Shown: one piece after another, positions 17,936 through 26,869 of the stretch | Layout of the letters: every line of letters begins with the position of its first letter | How positions within the stretch are numbered: position 1 is the first letter of the stretch | Origin: a candidate division WOR-3 bacterium | GTDB lineage: Bacteria > Hydrothermota > Hydrothermia > LBFQ01 > DSFT01 | DNA: 45,191 nucleotides | Direction: 5' to 3' | Assembly: GCA_026986535.1 (NCBI GenBank) | Contig: JALSOK010000060.1 | Location: 1 to 45,191, forward strand | Position numbers and translations under genes: made by a program | The notes under the pieces: generated by a model | What the model saw: only the letters and a program-made list of their open reading frames with translations | The model's database searches: none | Told to the model about the DNA's origin: nothing

Positions 17936-19297
17936 ATGGAGATCAAATATGCCACATGTGGGATACACGATTATCGCCTGAAAATCGAGCCCCTTGGAGT
18001 CAAATGCAGCAGGTGCAGGGTGAATGAGGCTGTGGTCGATATAAAATACGCCCGTCAGAAACTCTGCAAAGATTGTTTCAACGAGTTCTTTTTAAACCGG
18101 GTTCGCAGGACAGTGGAGAAGTATAAGATGTTCAGGCCCGGGGAAAGGGTGGCCGTTGCTGTCTCCGGTGGAAAGGACAGCGTGGCCCTTCTTCATGCCC
18201 TCAAGAAAGCTTTTCCTCAGCAGGATATAATCGCAATCCATATAAACCTCGGTATAGCTTATTATTCCGACCACCTGGAGGAGGTGGTTCGGAAGCTGGC
18301 TTCGATGCTGGAAGTGCCTCTGGAGGTCTATAACCTGAAGGAGAGGGAGGGTTATACCATAGATGATTTCCTGCGGACCAGATACGGCCGCAAGATGTGT
18401 TCGGTGTGCGGTATAGTCAAGAGGAACATTTTTTCCCGCCTCTCGGCGGAAGTGGATGCGGATGTGGTTGCGACCGGCCATAACCTGGATGATACTGTGG
18501 GAACCATGTTCGCATCCTTCTTCGCGGGGGATTTCGAGTCCATATCCAGGCTCAGGCCCGTTCTCAGGCCCCTCGTTCCGGGGCAACCCCGGAAGATAAA
18601 ACCCCTGATTACGACACCGGAGCGGGAAAATCTCATATATGTGGTTTTGAACCAGCTTCCGGTCCAGTCGTGCAGCTGTCCCCATGCACTTGGGGCTTCC
18701 GTCTCCTACTATAAACAGATTCTGGACAGGATGGAGGAAAGGAATCCCAATGTGAAGCATCAGCTCCTTTCCGTGTTTACGAAGAAGCTCATCCCCATGT
18801 ACGAATTCTACAGAAAGCATGAGGAGGAAAAGGAAAAGAAGGAAGAGGTTCTTCAGACATGCCGTATATGTGGCCAGCCCACCTCATCCCCCGATGGAAT
18901 ATGCTCCAAGTGCCGCAGGGTTATGGAGCTTCAGAAGGTTATGGACAGGCCCCTTATACTGGAGCTCTCTCCTCACGATGCTAAGAAGCTAATAGAGGAA
19001 GGGGCTGTGGTGCTGGATGTTCGTCCTGTCGGGCAGTATTCCTCCGGCCATATCGAGGGGGCTGTAAATATTCCCAGAGAGCGCTTCGATAATCTCGATA
19101 GGGATAAGAAGATGAAGAAGACCATAAGGGAATGGAAGGGGAGGAATATACTGGTCTATTGCAATACCGGAACCGACAGTTATGCGGTTACTGTAAAGCT
19201 CCGAAACAGGGGATACAGGGCCTACAACCTGAAGGGGGGTATAGAGGCCTGGAAAAGGGCCGGTTTTCCTGTGCTTCAGCCGGCCGGATCCGATTAG
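17936..19297 (+). CDS. ttuA: TtuA/NcsA-like tRNA 2-thiolation PP-loop ATPase fused to a C-terminal rhodanese domain
   Basis: 453 aa from the ATG at 17936. N-terminal CxxC...CxxC, SGGKDS PP-loop, second Zn finger CRICG...CSKC, then rhodanese (VLDVRP...GHIEGAVNIP...VYCNTGTDS). Confidence 0.8.
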   Translation: MEIKYATCGIHDYRLKIEPLGVKCSRCRVNEAVVDIKYARQKLCKDCFNEFFLNRVRRTVEKYKMFRPGERVAVAVSGGKDSVALLHALKKAFPQQDIIAIHINLGIAYYSDHLEEVVRKLASMLEVPLEVYNLKEREGYTIDDFLRTRYGRKMCSVCGIVKRNIFSRLSAEVDADVVATGHNLDDTVGTMFASFFAGDFESISRLRPVLRPLVPGQPRKIKPLITTPERENLIYVVLNQLPVQSCSCPHALGASVSYYKQILDRMEERNPNVKHQLLSVFTKKLIPMYEFYRKHEEEKEKKEEVLQTCRICGQPTSSPDGICSKCRRVMELQKVMDRPLILELSPHDAKKLIEEGAVVLDVRPVGQYSSGHIEGAVNIPRERFDNLDRDKKMKKTIREWKGRNILVYCNTGTDSYAVTVKLRNRGYRAYNLKGGIEAWKRAGFPVLQPAGSD

Positions 19298-19317
19298 AAG
19301 TATTTCCGTCGGAATGC

Positions 19318-19327
19318 TTTAAAATTT
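19318..19327 (+). promoter_or_regulatory. -10-like box TTTAAAATTT for tRNA-Arg
   Basis: 12 nt upstream of the mature tRNA 5' end. Confidence 0.55.
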
Positions 19328-19339
19328 AATCACACCTGT

Positions 19340-19413
19340 GCGCCCGTAGCTCAACTGGATAGAGCGGCGGACTACGAATCCGCAGGTTGGGGGTTCGAGT
19401 CCTCCCGGGCGCG
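19340..19413 (+). tRNA. tRNA-Arg (anticodon ACG)
   Basis: 74-nt cloverleaf folded by hand: acceptor GCGCCCG/CGGGCGC, anticodon loop CUACGAA, T-loop GGGGGTTCGAGTCCTCC. No encoded CCA. Confidence 0.92.
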
Positions 19414-19424
19414 CTTTTCCCCTG

Positions 19425-19433
19425 TAAAATTTT
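19425..19433 (+). promoter_or_regulatory. -10-like box TAAAATTTT
   Basis: 11 nt after the tRNA-Arg 3' end and 7 nt before the ATG at 19441. Confidence 0.5.
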
Positions 19434-19440
19434 CACAGTC

Positions 19441-19827
19441 ATGAAGTTCGTTGGAATCGTTTTTCGCGGTCCCTTAAGTATGAATTTCCTGTTTCGCAGT
19501 TCCGCACTTCAAGAGGAGGATCTTATGGAGGTCAGTGTGAGGGGTAAGAAGCTGAGGTTTTCTTTCTGCAGGTACGAAAGGGGTATTCCCGCGCTCAATG
19601 CCCTCCGGAGGGCAGAGGAGACGAGGAAAAATATAAAGGGTTCCGGCGTCATCTGCGCGGCGGGGGCCGGTGATATGGAGGGGATCATTACCCATGCCAT
19701 AAATATGGGATACAGGATCTATATCCTGGATATGGATGGAAAGTTTCTGTACGGAAGGGGCCTGTTTCCTGTAATTCGAATCTATGATTCCCATCATCTG
19801 GAGAAGGTGCTTGAAGGGATTCTTTAA
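19441..19827 (+). CDS. hypothetical protein
   Basis: 128 aa from the ATG at 19441, chosen by box geometry. An alternative start is the ATG at 19525, behind SD AGGAGGA. No family recognised. Confidence 0.5.
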   Translation: MKFVGIVFRGPLSMNFLFRSSALQEEDLMEVSVRGKKLRFSFCRYERGIPALNALRRAEETRKNIKGSGVICAAGAGDMEGIITHAINMGYRIYILDMDGKFLYGRGLFPVIRIYDSHHLEKVLEGIL

Positions 19828-19831
19828 AATT
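19823..19831 (+). promoter_or_regulatory. -10-like box TTTAAAATT
   Basis: Overlaps the stop of the preceding ORF. 5 nt before the ATG at 19837. Confidence 0.5.
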
Positions 19832-19836
19832 AATCC

Positions 19837-20259
19837 ATGCTTGCTGTTCTTTCTCTCCTCGTGATATCCGGGACTCCGGTGGATACGACCGGAATCGACG
19901 ACAGGGTTTTTCAGATTGCAGAAAAACTTAAGTGCCTCGTATGTGCAGGTGAAACCGTTGCTTATTCCCAGTCGGACCTGGCGAGGGATATGCGCCTGAA
20001 GATAAAGGAACTTTTGCTGGAAGGAAAATCTGAAAAGGAGATCCTGGATTATTTCGTGGGAATCTATGGGGAGGAGGTCCTCGCCGAACCCCCGAAGAAG
20101 GGCTTCTTTTCGCTCATCTGGATAATGCCTTGGGTGGTATTTGTGCTCTCCATCGTGGGGGTGATTTATTATGTGATGACGCGGGAGAAAGAAGAGGGTA
20201 TTCGGGAGGAAGAGTTGAGGGAGCTGGAGGAAAAGCTCAGGGAGAAGGGTATCCTGTAA
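19837..20259 (+). CDS. ccmH: CcmH/NrfF/CycL-family cytochrome c maturation protein
   Basis: 140 aa. LKCLVCAGETVAYSQSDLARDMR...GKSEKEILDYFVGIYGEEVL, then a TM helix. Confidence 0.8.
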   Translation: MLAVLSLLVISGTPVDTTGIDDRVFQIAEKLKCLVCAGETVAYSQSDLARDMRLKIKELLLEGKSEKEILDYFVGIYGEEVLAEPPKKGFFSLIWIMPWVVFVLSIVGVIYYVMTREKEEGIREEELRELEEKLREKGIL

Positions 20260-20263
20260 GATT

Positions 20264-21226
20264 ATGGCCATCGTGTCGGGCAATCTGGACAGGTTGAAGC
20301 AGGAAATCCACAAGGTAATAGTGGGTTATGATGATGTGGTCGATAGGGTTCTGATATCTCTCCTTTCGGGGGGGCATGTTCTTCTTGTGGGGGTTCCCGG
20401 ACTGGCCAAGACGCTCATGGTGAAAACCATCTCCAGAGCCCTTGATTTGAAGTTCAGCCGTATCCAGTTCACTCCGGACCTCATGCCCTCGGATATCGTG
20501 GGAACTGAGATTATACAGGAGGTGGATGGCAGAAAGGTGTTTCAGTTCGTCAGGGGTCCCATATTCGCCAATGTAATTCTGGCGGATGAGATAAACAGGA
20601 CTCCCCCCAAGACGCAGGCGGCTCTTCTGGAGGCCATGCAGGAGAAGAAAGTCAGCGTCATGGGTAAAACCTATGTTCTGGAAGAGCCCTTTTTTGTCCT
20701 TGCTACCCAGAATCCCATAGAGCAGGAGGGTACATATCCCCTTCCCGAAGCCCAGCTGGACAGGTTCATGATGCAGATCAATTTGAATTATCCGGGCTTC
20801 GAGCAGGAAGTGGAGATAGTGGAGCGCACCACCTCCGGGGAAGTGCCCCGGGTTAATCCGGTTCTGGGCAGAAAAGAGGTTCTGGAACTTCAGAAGAGGG
20901 TGAGGGATGTGGTCGTGGGGGAGCATGTAATCCGCTATGCGGTGGAGCTCGTCAGGCAGACCCGTCCGGAGACTTCATCCGTGGATATTGTGAGGGAATT
21001 CGTGCAGTGGGGGGCCGGTCCCCGTGCATCCCAGTCCCTCATAATGGGGGCAAAAGCGCGGGCTTTCATGGAGGCAAGGGAATATACCACGACTGAGGAT
21101 GTGGCTTTTATCTTTGCGGATGTCGTGCGGCACAGGATTATCCTGAACTTCGTGGCCGAAGCCGAGGGAGTGAAAGTGGAGGATGTCATAGGGAAGATTT
21201 TGTCCGCTGTTCCCAGGAAGATTTGA
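20264..21226 (+). CDS. MoxR-family AAA+ ATPase
   Basis: 320 aa. Walker A VGVPGLAKT, Walker B ILADEINR. Typical MoxR length and C-terminal lid. Confidence 0.9.
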   Translation: MAIVSGNLDRLKQEIHKVIVGYDDVVDRVLISLLSGGHVLLVGVPGLAKTLMVKTISRALDLKFSRIQFTPDLMPSDIVGTEIIQEVDGRKVFQFVRGPIFANVILADEINRTPPKTQAALLEAMQEKKVSVMGKTYVLEEPFFVLATQNPIEQEGTYPLPEAQLDRFMMQINLNYPGFEQEVEIVERTTSGEVPRVNPVLGRKEVLELQKRVRDVVVGEHVIRYAVELVRQTRPETSSVDIVREFVQWGAGPRASQSLIMGAKARAFMEAREYTTTEDVAFIFADVVRHRIILNFVAEAEGVKVEDVIGKILSAVPRKI

Positions 21227-21243
21227 GCAGGGTTTAGCGTTTC

Positions 21244-23289
21244 TTACTTTCCCTCTATCTGGATTCTGGAGAAATCCGCCATCCTGTCGAACAGACCCTT
21301 AACCATTTTCAGAAGGGCGAGCCTGTTGTTCCTGAGCTCATCATCGTCCACCATGACGAATACATTGTCGAAGAAGGCATCTATTTTCCCCTTCACCTGT
21401 AGCAGGAGTTCCATCGCTTTCGGGTAATCCTTCTGTGCGAGGGCTTCTTCGAGGGGCTGTCTTATCCGTATGGCAGTTTCGTACAGCTGTTTCTCGTGGG
21501 GGTCTTTCAACAGCTCTTTTCTCACTTCCGGTATGGAATCGGCCTTTTTGAGGATGTTGCCCGCCCTCTTCTGACCCGTGACGATTTCTTCGAACAGTTG
21601 TGGATTTTCTCTTCTGAAGCGATTTAAGAACTTTGCCCTCGCGTAAATCTCGTATATATCGTCGAGCCCCGAGTTAATTACCGCATCGACTATGTCCCAT
21701 CTTATTCCTTCTTTCTCCTCCAGATAGTTTTCGAGGCGGGAGAAGACGAAACTGCTGTAATCGTCGATGGAGTCTTGCAGTCCGTATATTTCGAGGGCTT
21801 TTTCTATGGCGGCGTTTATGTCCAGGTGTATGCCCTTTCCTATGATGGTGTCGAATATCCCATAGAGAGCTTTTTTGATTCCCAGGGGGTCGTAGGAGCC
21901 CTTCACCCTGTATCCCGTGGACAGAATTCCCACGATGGTATCCAGTCTGTCCGCTATGGCCAGAATGGCGCCTTCCAGACTTCGGGGTTCTTCCATCAGG
22001 GTGTAATCGTATATGGCCTGAACCACCTCGGGGTTCTCACCGGATGCCCGTGCGTATTCGCTTGCTATGTATCCCTCCAGTTCTGTGAATTCCTTTCCAT
22101 CCCTTATCATGAGGGTGGCCAGGTCATTTCTGTAGAGGAGAGATGCCCTTTCCACCACATCCCTCCTGGCGCCCAGTTTGTCCGCCATCCAGAGGGACAG
22201 GTCCTTTACCCTCATGACCTTATCGTACATGCTTCCCAGACTGGTGTGCCATACGATGTCCCTGAGTTCCTCCAGATACTCTATGAGGGGTTTTTTCGTG
22301 TCCTGCACATAGTAGAACCGGGCATCCTCCAGCCGTGCTTTTAAAACCTTTTCGAGTCCGGGCACGATGTTGTCCCTGTACTCCTTCAGGTTGTTGATGA
22401 TTGCGATGAATTTGCTGGCGAGCCTCCCATTTTCGAAAAGGGCGATGTACCTCTGATGTACCTTCATGGCAGTGATGACGACCCTCTCCGGTAGTTCCAG
22501 ATACACCTCATCGAATTGTCCCACCACAGCCTGCGGATATTCCACCAGTCCATTGATTTCCCTGTAGAGGCTTTCGTCCCTGTAGGGTTCCAGATTCCCC
22601 TTTTCTTCCTCGATCTCCCTCATCATCATTTCATACCTTTCGAGGCGGTCGGGGATTACATAGTTTTCCTTCAGAATCCTTTCGTATTCCTGTGCGGAGG
22701 GGACTTCTAACTTTCCGGATAGTAGCCTATGCCCGTAGGTATATCTATCCGAGCGCAGATTGAGGAAGGTGAAGGAAATGACCCTATCCCCATAAAGGGC
22801 CAGTATCCACCGGATCGGCCGTATGAAGGGAATATTCTGAAAGGGAAGCCACCTCATCGTTTTCTTCTGGCGGAGGGAAGATATGATGCTTCCGATTCTG
22901 TCCTGAAGGACATCTTCTATGGATCTTCCCTTTTGCACCTTCCTGCCGGCCACATAGACCTTGTTGCCCCTGCGGACTTCGTAAAGTTCATCCACCGATA
23001 TGCCGAGCCTCCTGGCGAACCCTTCTGCGGCTCTGGTCCACCGTCCTTCCTTCTTTGCTATTTCGAGGGGAGGACCCACCTCCTCCATTTCCACATCCCT
23101 TCCCCTGTCCGACAGGGTCTGCACGAATACGGCTATCCGCCGGGGAGTTGAGTAGGTTCGGATACCGGAAAACTCGAACCTCTCTTCATTCAGGACTTTC
23201 ACAAAATTTTCTTTAAGCTGTTCCTCAAGGGATTCTATCTCGAAGGGCGGAAGTTCCTCAACGCCCAGCTCCAGGATAAAGGGCTTCAT
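21244..23289 (-). CDS. glyS: glycine--tRNA ligase beta subunit
   Basis: 681 aa. MKPFILELGVEELPP is a typical GlyS N-terminus, and the whole length is GlyS-like. Confidence 0.92.
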   Translation of the reverse strand: MKPFILELGVEELPPFEIESLEEQLKENFVKVLNEERFEFSGIRTYSTPRRIAVFVQTLSDRGRDVEMEEVGPPLEIAKKEGRWTRAAEGFARRLGISVDELYEVRRGNKVYVAGRKVQKGRSIEDVLQDRIGSIISSLRQKKTMRWLPFQNIPFIRPIRWILALYGDRVISFTFLNLRSDRYTYGHRLLSGKLEVPSAQEYERILKENYVIPDRLERYEMMMREIEEEKGNLEPYRDESLYREINGLVEYPQAVVGQFDEVYLELPERVVITAMKVHQRYIALFENGRLASKFIAIINNLKEYRDNIVPGLEKVLKARLEDARFYYVQDTKKPLIEYLEELRDIVWHTSLGSMYDKVMRVKDLSLWMADKLGARRDVVERASLLYRNDLATLMIRDGKEFTELEGYIASEYARASGENPEVVQAIYDYTLMEEPRSLEGAILAIADRLDTIVGILSTGYRVKGSYDPLGIKKALYGIFDTIIGKGIHLDINAAIEKALEIYGLQDSIDDYSSFVFSRLENYLEEKEGIRWDIVDAVINSGLDDIYEIYARAKFLNRFRRENPQLFEEIVTGQKRAGNILKKADSIPEVRKELLKDPHEKQLYETAIRIRQPLEEALAQKDYPKAMELLLQVKGKIDAFFDNVFVMVDDDELRNNRLALLKMVKGLFDRMADFSRIQIEGK

Positions 23290-23519
23290 GCTCCTTTTCT
23301 TTCATAGAATTTGACGGTCCCATTGGAAGGGATGGTCAGAAATTCTATATCTGTTATTTTTGCATGCCTCATGTCCAGAACCGTTATCTTCAGCCAGTTC
23401 CTCTTCCCCTCGATGCGCTCCACTTTCAAAAAGTGGATATTGTTTCTCAGGAGTGCATTTTCTAACTTTTCTATTGCGTGATTCACATCATGAACATTCC
23501 TCACAATGTATGCCTTCAT
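23286..23519 (-). CDS. hypothetical small protein, translationally coupled to glyS
   Basis: 77 aa. SD AAGGAGGG upstream. 4-nt overlap with the glyS start. No family recognised. Confidence 0.55.
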   Translation of the reverse strand: MKAYIVRNVHDVNHAIEKLENALLRNNIHFLKVERIEGKRNWLKITVLDMRHAKITDIEFLTIPSNGTVKFYERKGA

Positions 23520-23546
23520 AACCCACCCTCCTTTTATTCAACGCCA

Positions 23547-23557
23547 AAGTTTAAAGG
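23547..23557 (-). promoter_or_regulatory. -10-like box CCTTTAAACTT (minus strand), leadered type
   Basis: 27-nt leader containing SD before the ATG at 23519. Confidence 0.5.
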
Positions 23558-23562
23558 CACAG

Positions 23563-23745
23563 CTATGAAAAGTATTTTTCCAGCCACCTGCCGAAGATGA
23601 ATATTCCCAGACCGATGGCGAATAGCATCATCTCCCACTTCATGGAGCCCCTTACTCCTGCAAACAGCGCCATAACCGAAAATCCTATGCCTGCCGCCTG
23701 AATCATTTTCGTTATAAGGAAGAGCAGAGACCTCATTTTATTCAC
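23563..23745 (-). CDS. hypothetical small membrane protein (2 TM)
   Basis: 60 aa, two hydrophobic helices. 4-nt overlap with the upstream M50 protease gene. Confidence 0.5.
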   Translation of the reverse strand: MNKMRSLLFLITKMIQAAGIGFSVMALFAGVRGSMKWEMMLFAIGLGIFIFGRWLEKYFS

Positions 23746-24794
23746 ATCCCCTTTACCACTATGGGATTTGGAACGAATGTGAGGAAGAACAGGATGATGG
23801 AGGCAATAGCCAGCATCTTTTCCCTTCTCTTCAGCGGTATGTGGTCATTGAGGGGCTCCGGGTGATCCAGTCCAAGCAGTAACCCTATGATTGCCCATGT
23901 GAGCCATCCCTTCCACCACACAATTCCCGCCACTACAAGAAATGCCCATGTTATGCGGGCTATTACCCTGTGCCTTTTCTTTCCCACGAGGGAGTATATG
24001 ACATGCCCCCCATCCAGCTGTCCCATGGGTATGAGGTTCAGGCTGGTCACGAAGAATCCCAGCCATCCTGCAAATGCCATCGGGTGCAGGTAGAGGTCGT
24101 ATCCGGGGGGTAAATTTCCCACTATCGCTTTCGAAAGCAGCATGAAGAGGAGGGAGTTTCCGAGATATACACCCTCCTGACCGCTCACCTGTACCACATC
24201 GGAAAGCATCAGACCTATTATGGTAATGGGCACTGCAACTATCATACCCGCCCAGGGTCCCGCCGCCCCTATTTCCAGAAGGGCTTTCCTGTCGGGAATG
24301 GGGGACCTGATTCTTATCAGTGCTCCCATCGTCCCAATGAGGGGATGGGGAAAGGGGATGAAATATGGAAGGGTGGCCCTTACCCCGTGCTTTTTCGACA
24401 TCAGATAATGCCCCATCTCGTGGGCGAGCAGGATGGCCATGATGGAAAAGGAGAATGGTATTCCCTTCAGTATATTCAGCCCCTCGAATGGATTTACCCC
24501 CTGCTGGAAGGCTCCGGCCATCATGGTTGTGATTATCGTGAGGAGGAATAGAATCAGGTTGATCCATGGGAATTTCCTCTTTTCCTCGGGAAGCTTCGTT
24601 ATGCTGAGGATATAGAGGCTGGAGTGCGGGTCTTTTTCCACCTGCAGTATGTATCCCCGGCGGGTCAATTCCCTTGTGAGGGATTCCATCATCGCCTCTG
24701 TGGGAATGGACACGATTGCACGAAGATACCCATCTTCATCCTCTATGTCGAATACCACTGTGTACTTTCCAAGCAGTTCGTATATTTCTGACAC
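23742..24794 (-). CDS. site-2 protease family (peptidase M50) membrane metalloprotease
   Basis: 350 aa, multi-TM. HEMGHY zinc motif. GTG start. Confidence 0.88.
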   Translation of the reverse strand: MSEIYELLGKYTVVFDIEDEDGYLRAIVSIPTEAMMESLTRELTRRGYILQVEKDPHSSLYILSITKLPEEKRKFPWINLILFLLTIITTMMAGAFQQGVNPFEGLNILKGIPFSFSIMAILLAHEMGHYLMSKKHGVRATLPYFIPFPHPLIGTMGALIRIRSPIPDRKALLEIGAAGPWAGMIVAVPITIIGLMLSDVVQVSGQEGVYLGNSLLFMLLSKAIVGNLPPGYDLYLHPMAFAGWLGFFVTSLNLIPMGQLDGGHVIYSLVGKKRHRVIARITWAFLVVAGIVWWKGWLTWAIIGLLLGLDHPEPLNDHIPLKRREKMLAIASIILFFLTFVPNPIVVKGM

Positions 24795-24801
24795 GGCTCT
24801 A

Positions 24802-24810
24802 AAGTTTATT
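24802..24810 (-). promoter_or_regulatory. -10-like box AATAAACTT (minus strand) for the M50 protease gene
   Basis: The TAAACT hexamer lies 8 nt before the GTG at 24794. Weaker match than the other boxes. Confidence 0.35.
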
Positions 24811-24998
24811 GGTGAAAAAGTTTTAATCGAAGCTCCGTCCGGTCCATGGACTGTCCGCTGGTGCTGTTTCGCTTTTCGCAGGGCTGGGTTTAAAATCCAA
24901 TCGATTGTATATGGAAAGTTTTCCTGCCCAAATTGTTGAATTGCATGACCTTTACCAATATTGCTAACCAGACTGCTTGAAATTTATGGGGGTTAAGA

Positions 24999-25007
24999 TT
25001 TAAAATT
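24999..25007 (+). promoter_or_regulatory. -10-like box TTTAAAATT, leadered type
   Basis: 27-nt leader with SD AAGGAGG before the ATG at 25035. Confidence 0.55.
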
Positions 25008-25034
25008 GGTTCAAACGAAAAAGGAGGTTGAACT

Positions 25035-26864
25035 ATGCTCGAGTTATTACTCGTGGCTGGTACTGGTCTGCAGGTGGATGGCTGGGCATCCGCTAAAGCG
25101 GAGAAGTACTACAGGGATGCTGTGGGAAGAAGCGAGAGGGTGGAGTATGTGAAGCCCTCACCGGCACCTGGAGCCAGTCTTCTGGGTAATGTGGTCCTCT
25201 TCAGCGACGATTTCGAGGATGGGGATGCGGCTGGCTGGACAATCATAGATGGGAACGGCGATGGCGCCACTTTTGCTGTTCAGCAGTGCAGCAGTATTCA
25301 TCAGCCGCCCACCAACTGCGGTACATACGCCCTCAATTACGATGACGATGCTGCGGGTGGTGGTGCTCCTCCTTCTCTGGAGAGGGCAATTTCCCCCGTC
25401 GTGGATCTGACCACTGCAACGGGTGCTGTGGGATATTATCTCTCTTTCGATTATGGCTTCGATTCGTACGATCAGGATGATACCGCAAGGGTCTATGTGG
25501 CCACCTTTAACGGCACTGCATGGGCAGACACCAATCTGGTGAATGAGTGGGCCCTTACCACGACCAACGACTCCGGTCTGGTGACCTTCGATATAACCGG
25601 GCTGGTTTCCAGTGCCGAGAGCCTCGTCGTTATACTGGAATATGTGGATGCCGGTGGATGGAACTGGAATGTGGCATTCGATAACATCACTGTCAGTGCT
25701 CTCGTTCCTGACCCCAACGACCTTGCAATACTTTCCATCATACCTCCCTCTCTCGATTTCTACACCTTCTATCCCACCGGGCAGGAGCCCACATGGCCCA
25801 TGAGCGGTGATGCGAAGGTGGTTGTCGCCAATGTGGGAACCAATGACCAGACCGGTTTTGATGTGACGCTGGAGGTCAATGGTACGCCTTACACTGTCTC
25901 GGGTCTGTCTCTGGTATCGGGTGCTGTGGACACTGTGCTCATTTCGGGTGTAAGCGTGGATAGTCTTTCCACATTCGTTGCCTATCACAGCCTGACTCCC
26001 GATGACAACCCCGCCAACGATAGTCTGACCGCCACCGTGAACTTCGTAACCTACAGGGTGGTAGGAGACACCATAACCTATGCCGATACGCTCGATGCAG
26101 TAACTGCTATCGGTACGGGTACCGGTTCCCTTGGTGCCACCAGGATAGCGGTGAAGTTCGATTCCAGCGACCTTTATCTCTTCTCCGGCAAGTACATAAA
26201 GTCCATCTTCTTCTACCACTGCGTACCCGGTGGAACATGTGTGAGCGGGGGCAACAATTACATAGCCATCTATCCGGACAACGGCGGTGTACCTGATCAC
26301 CTGAATGCCCTGTTCAGGAAGAATGTCGGTGATGTGGGTACAACCCCCGGTCTGCTCGTGTTCAACATCGATACGATTACATCTGGTGATCTCTCCGCCC
26401 TGACCATTGGAAACTTCCCGTTCTATGTGGCCAGGGAGCTCGATAATGTTGCCGGTGGATTCCCTCTGGGTGCTGAGAATGGATGCACTGCCGGTAAGGG
26501 TTGCTGGATCAGTGCGGATAGTGTTGCCGGTGGAGCATGGGCTCAGCTGACGGATTATGGTCTGGACTACGACTGGATACTGGGAGTCGTTCTTGTGGAC
26601 AATCCCGACTATGTGGGCTCCAGCGAAACGATCGTCGTGCCCGGCGATGCGAAGCTCGTCAGGGGTGTGGTAAATGGGTATCTCTTCCTGAATGCTCCTG
26701 CTACCGAAGATATGAACATCGAAATCTATAACACCGCTGGAAAGCTCGTGAGGAAGGTATTCGTAAGGAAGGGCTCAGATAGAGCATTCATCGGTAATAT
26801 TCCGTCCGGTGCATACTTCTACATAAACGATAAGGGCAGGGCAGGATCCATACTTGTCAGGTAA
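25035..26864 (+). CDS. secreted protein with a T9SS-type C-terminal sorting domain
   Basis: 609 aa. N-terminal DDFEDGDAAGWTIIDGNGDGATF module. C-terminal ~65 aa NIEIYNTAGKLVRKV...IPSGAYFY...ILVR matches the Por/T9SS CTD pattern. Confidence 0.75.
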   Translation: MLELLLVAGTGLQVDGWASAKAEKYYRDAVGRSERVEYVKPSPAPGASLLGNVVLFSDDFEDGDAAGWTIIDGNGDGATFAVQQCSSIHQPPTNCGTYALNYDDDAAGGGAPPSLERAISPVVDLTTATGAVGYYLSFDYGFDSYDQDDTARVYVATFNGTAWADTNLVNEWALTTTNDSGLVTFDITGLVSSAESLVVILEYVDAGGWNWNVAFDNITVSALVPDPNDLAILSIIPPSLDFYTFYPTGQEPTWPMSGDAKVVVANVGTNDQTGFDVTLEVNGTPYTVSGLSLVSGAVDTVLISGVSVDSLSTFVAYHSLTPDDNPANDSLTATVNFVTYRVVGDTITYADTLDAVTAIGTGTGSLGATRIAVKFDSSDLYLFSGKYIKSIFFYHCVPGGTCVSGGNNYIAIYPDNGGVPDHLNALFRKNVGDVGTTPGLLVFNIDTITSGDLSALTIGNFPFYVARELDNVAGGFPLGAENGCTAGKGCWISADSVAGGAWAQLTDYGLDYDWILGVVLVDNPDYVGSSETIVVPGDAKLVRGVVNGYLFLNAPATEDMNIEIYNTAGKLVRKVFVRKGSDRAFIGNIPSGAYFYINDKGRAGSILVR

Positions 26865-26869
26865 TTTTA

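Noticed and set aside
19387-19440. Start of track ORF 19387..19827 inside tRNA-Arg
   Set aside because: It overlaps the tRNA T-arm. The ATG at 19441 fits the promoter box geometry.
24889-24897. Extra box-like TTTAAAATC in the 240-nt M50/T9SS-cargo spacer, with an 18-codon ORF (ATG at 24916)
   Set aside because: The last position deviates from the consensus, the distance to the ATG is longer than in the other cases, and the peptide is unremarkable. Evidence is insufficient.
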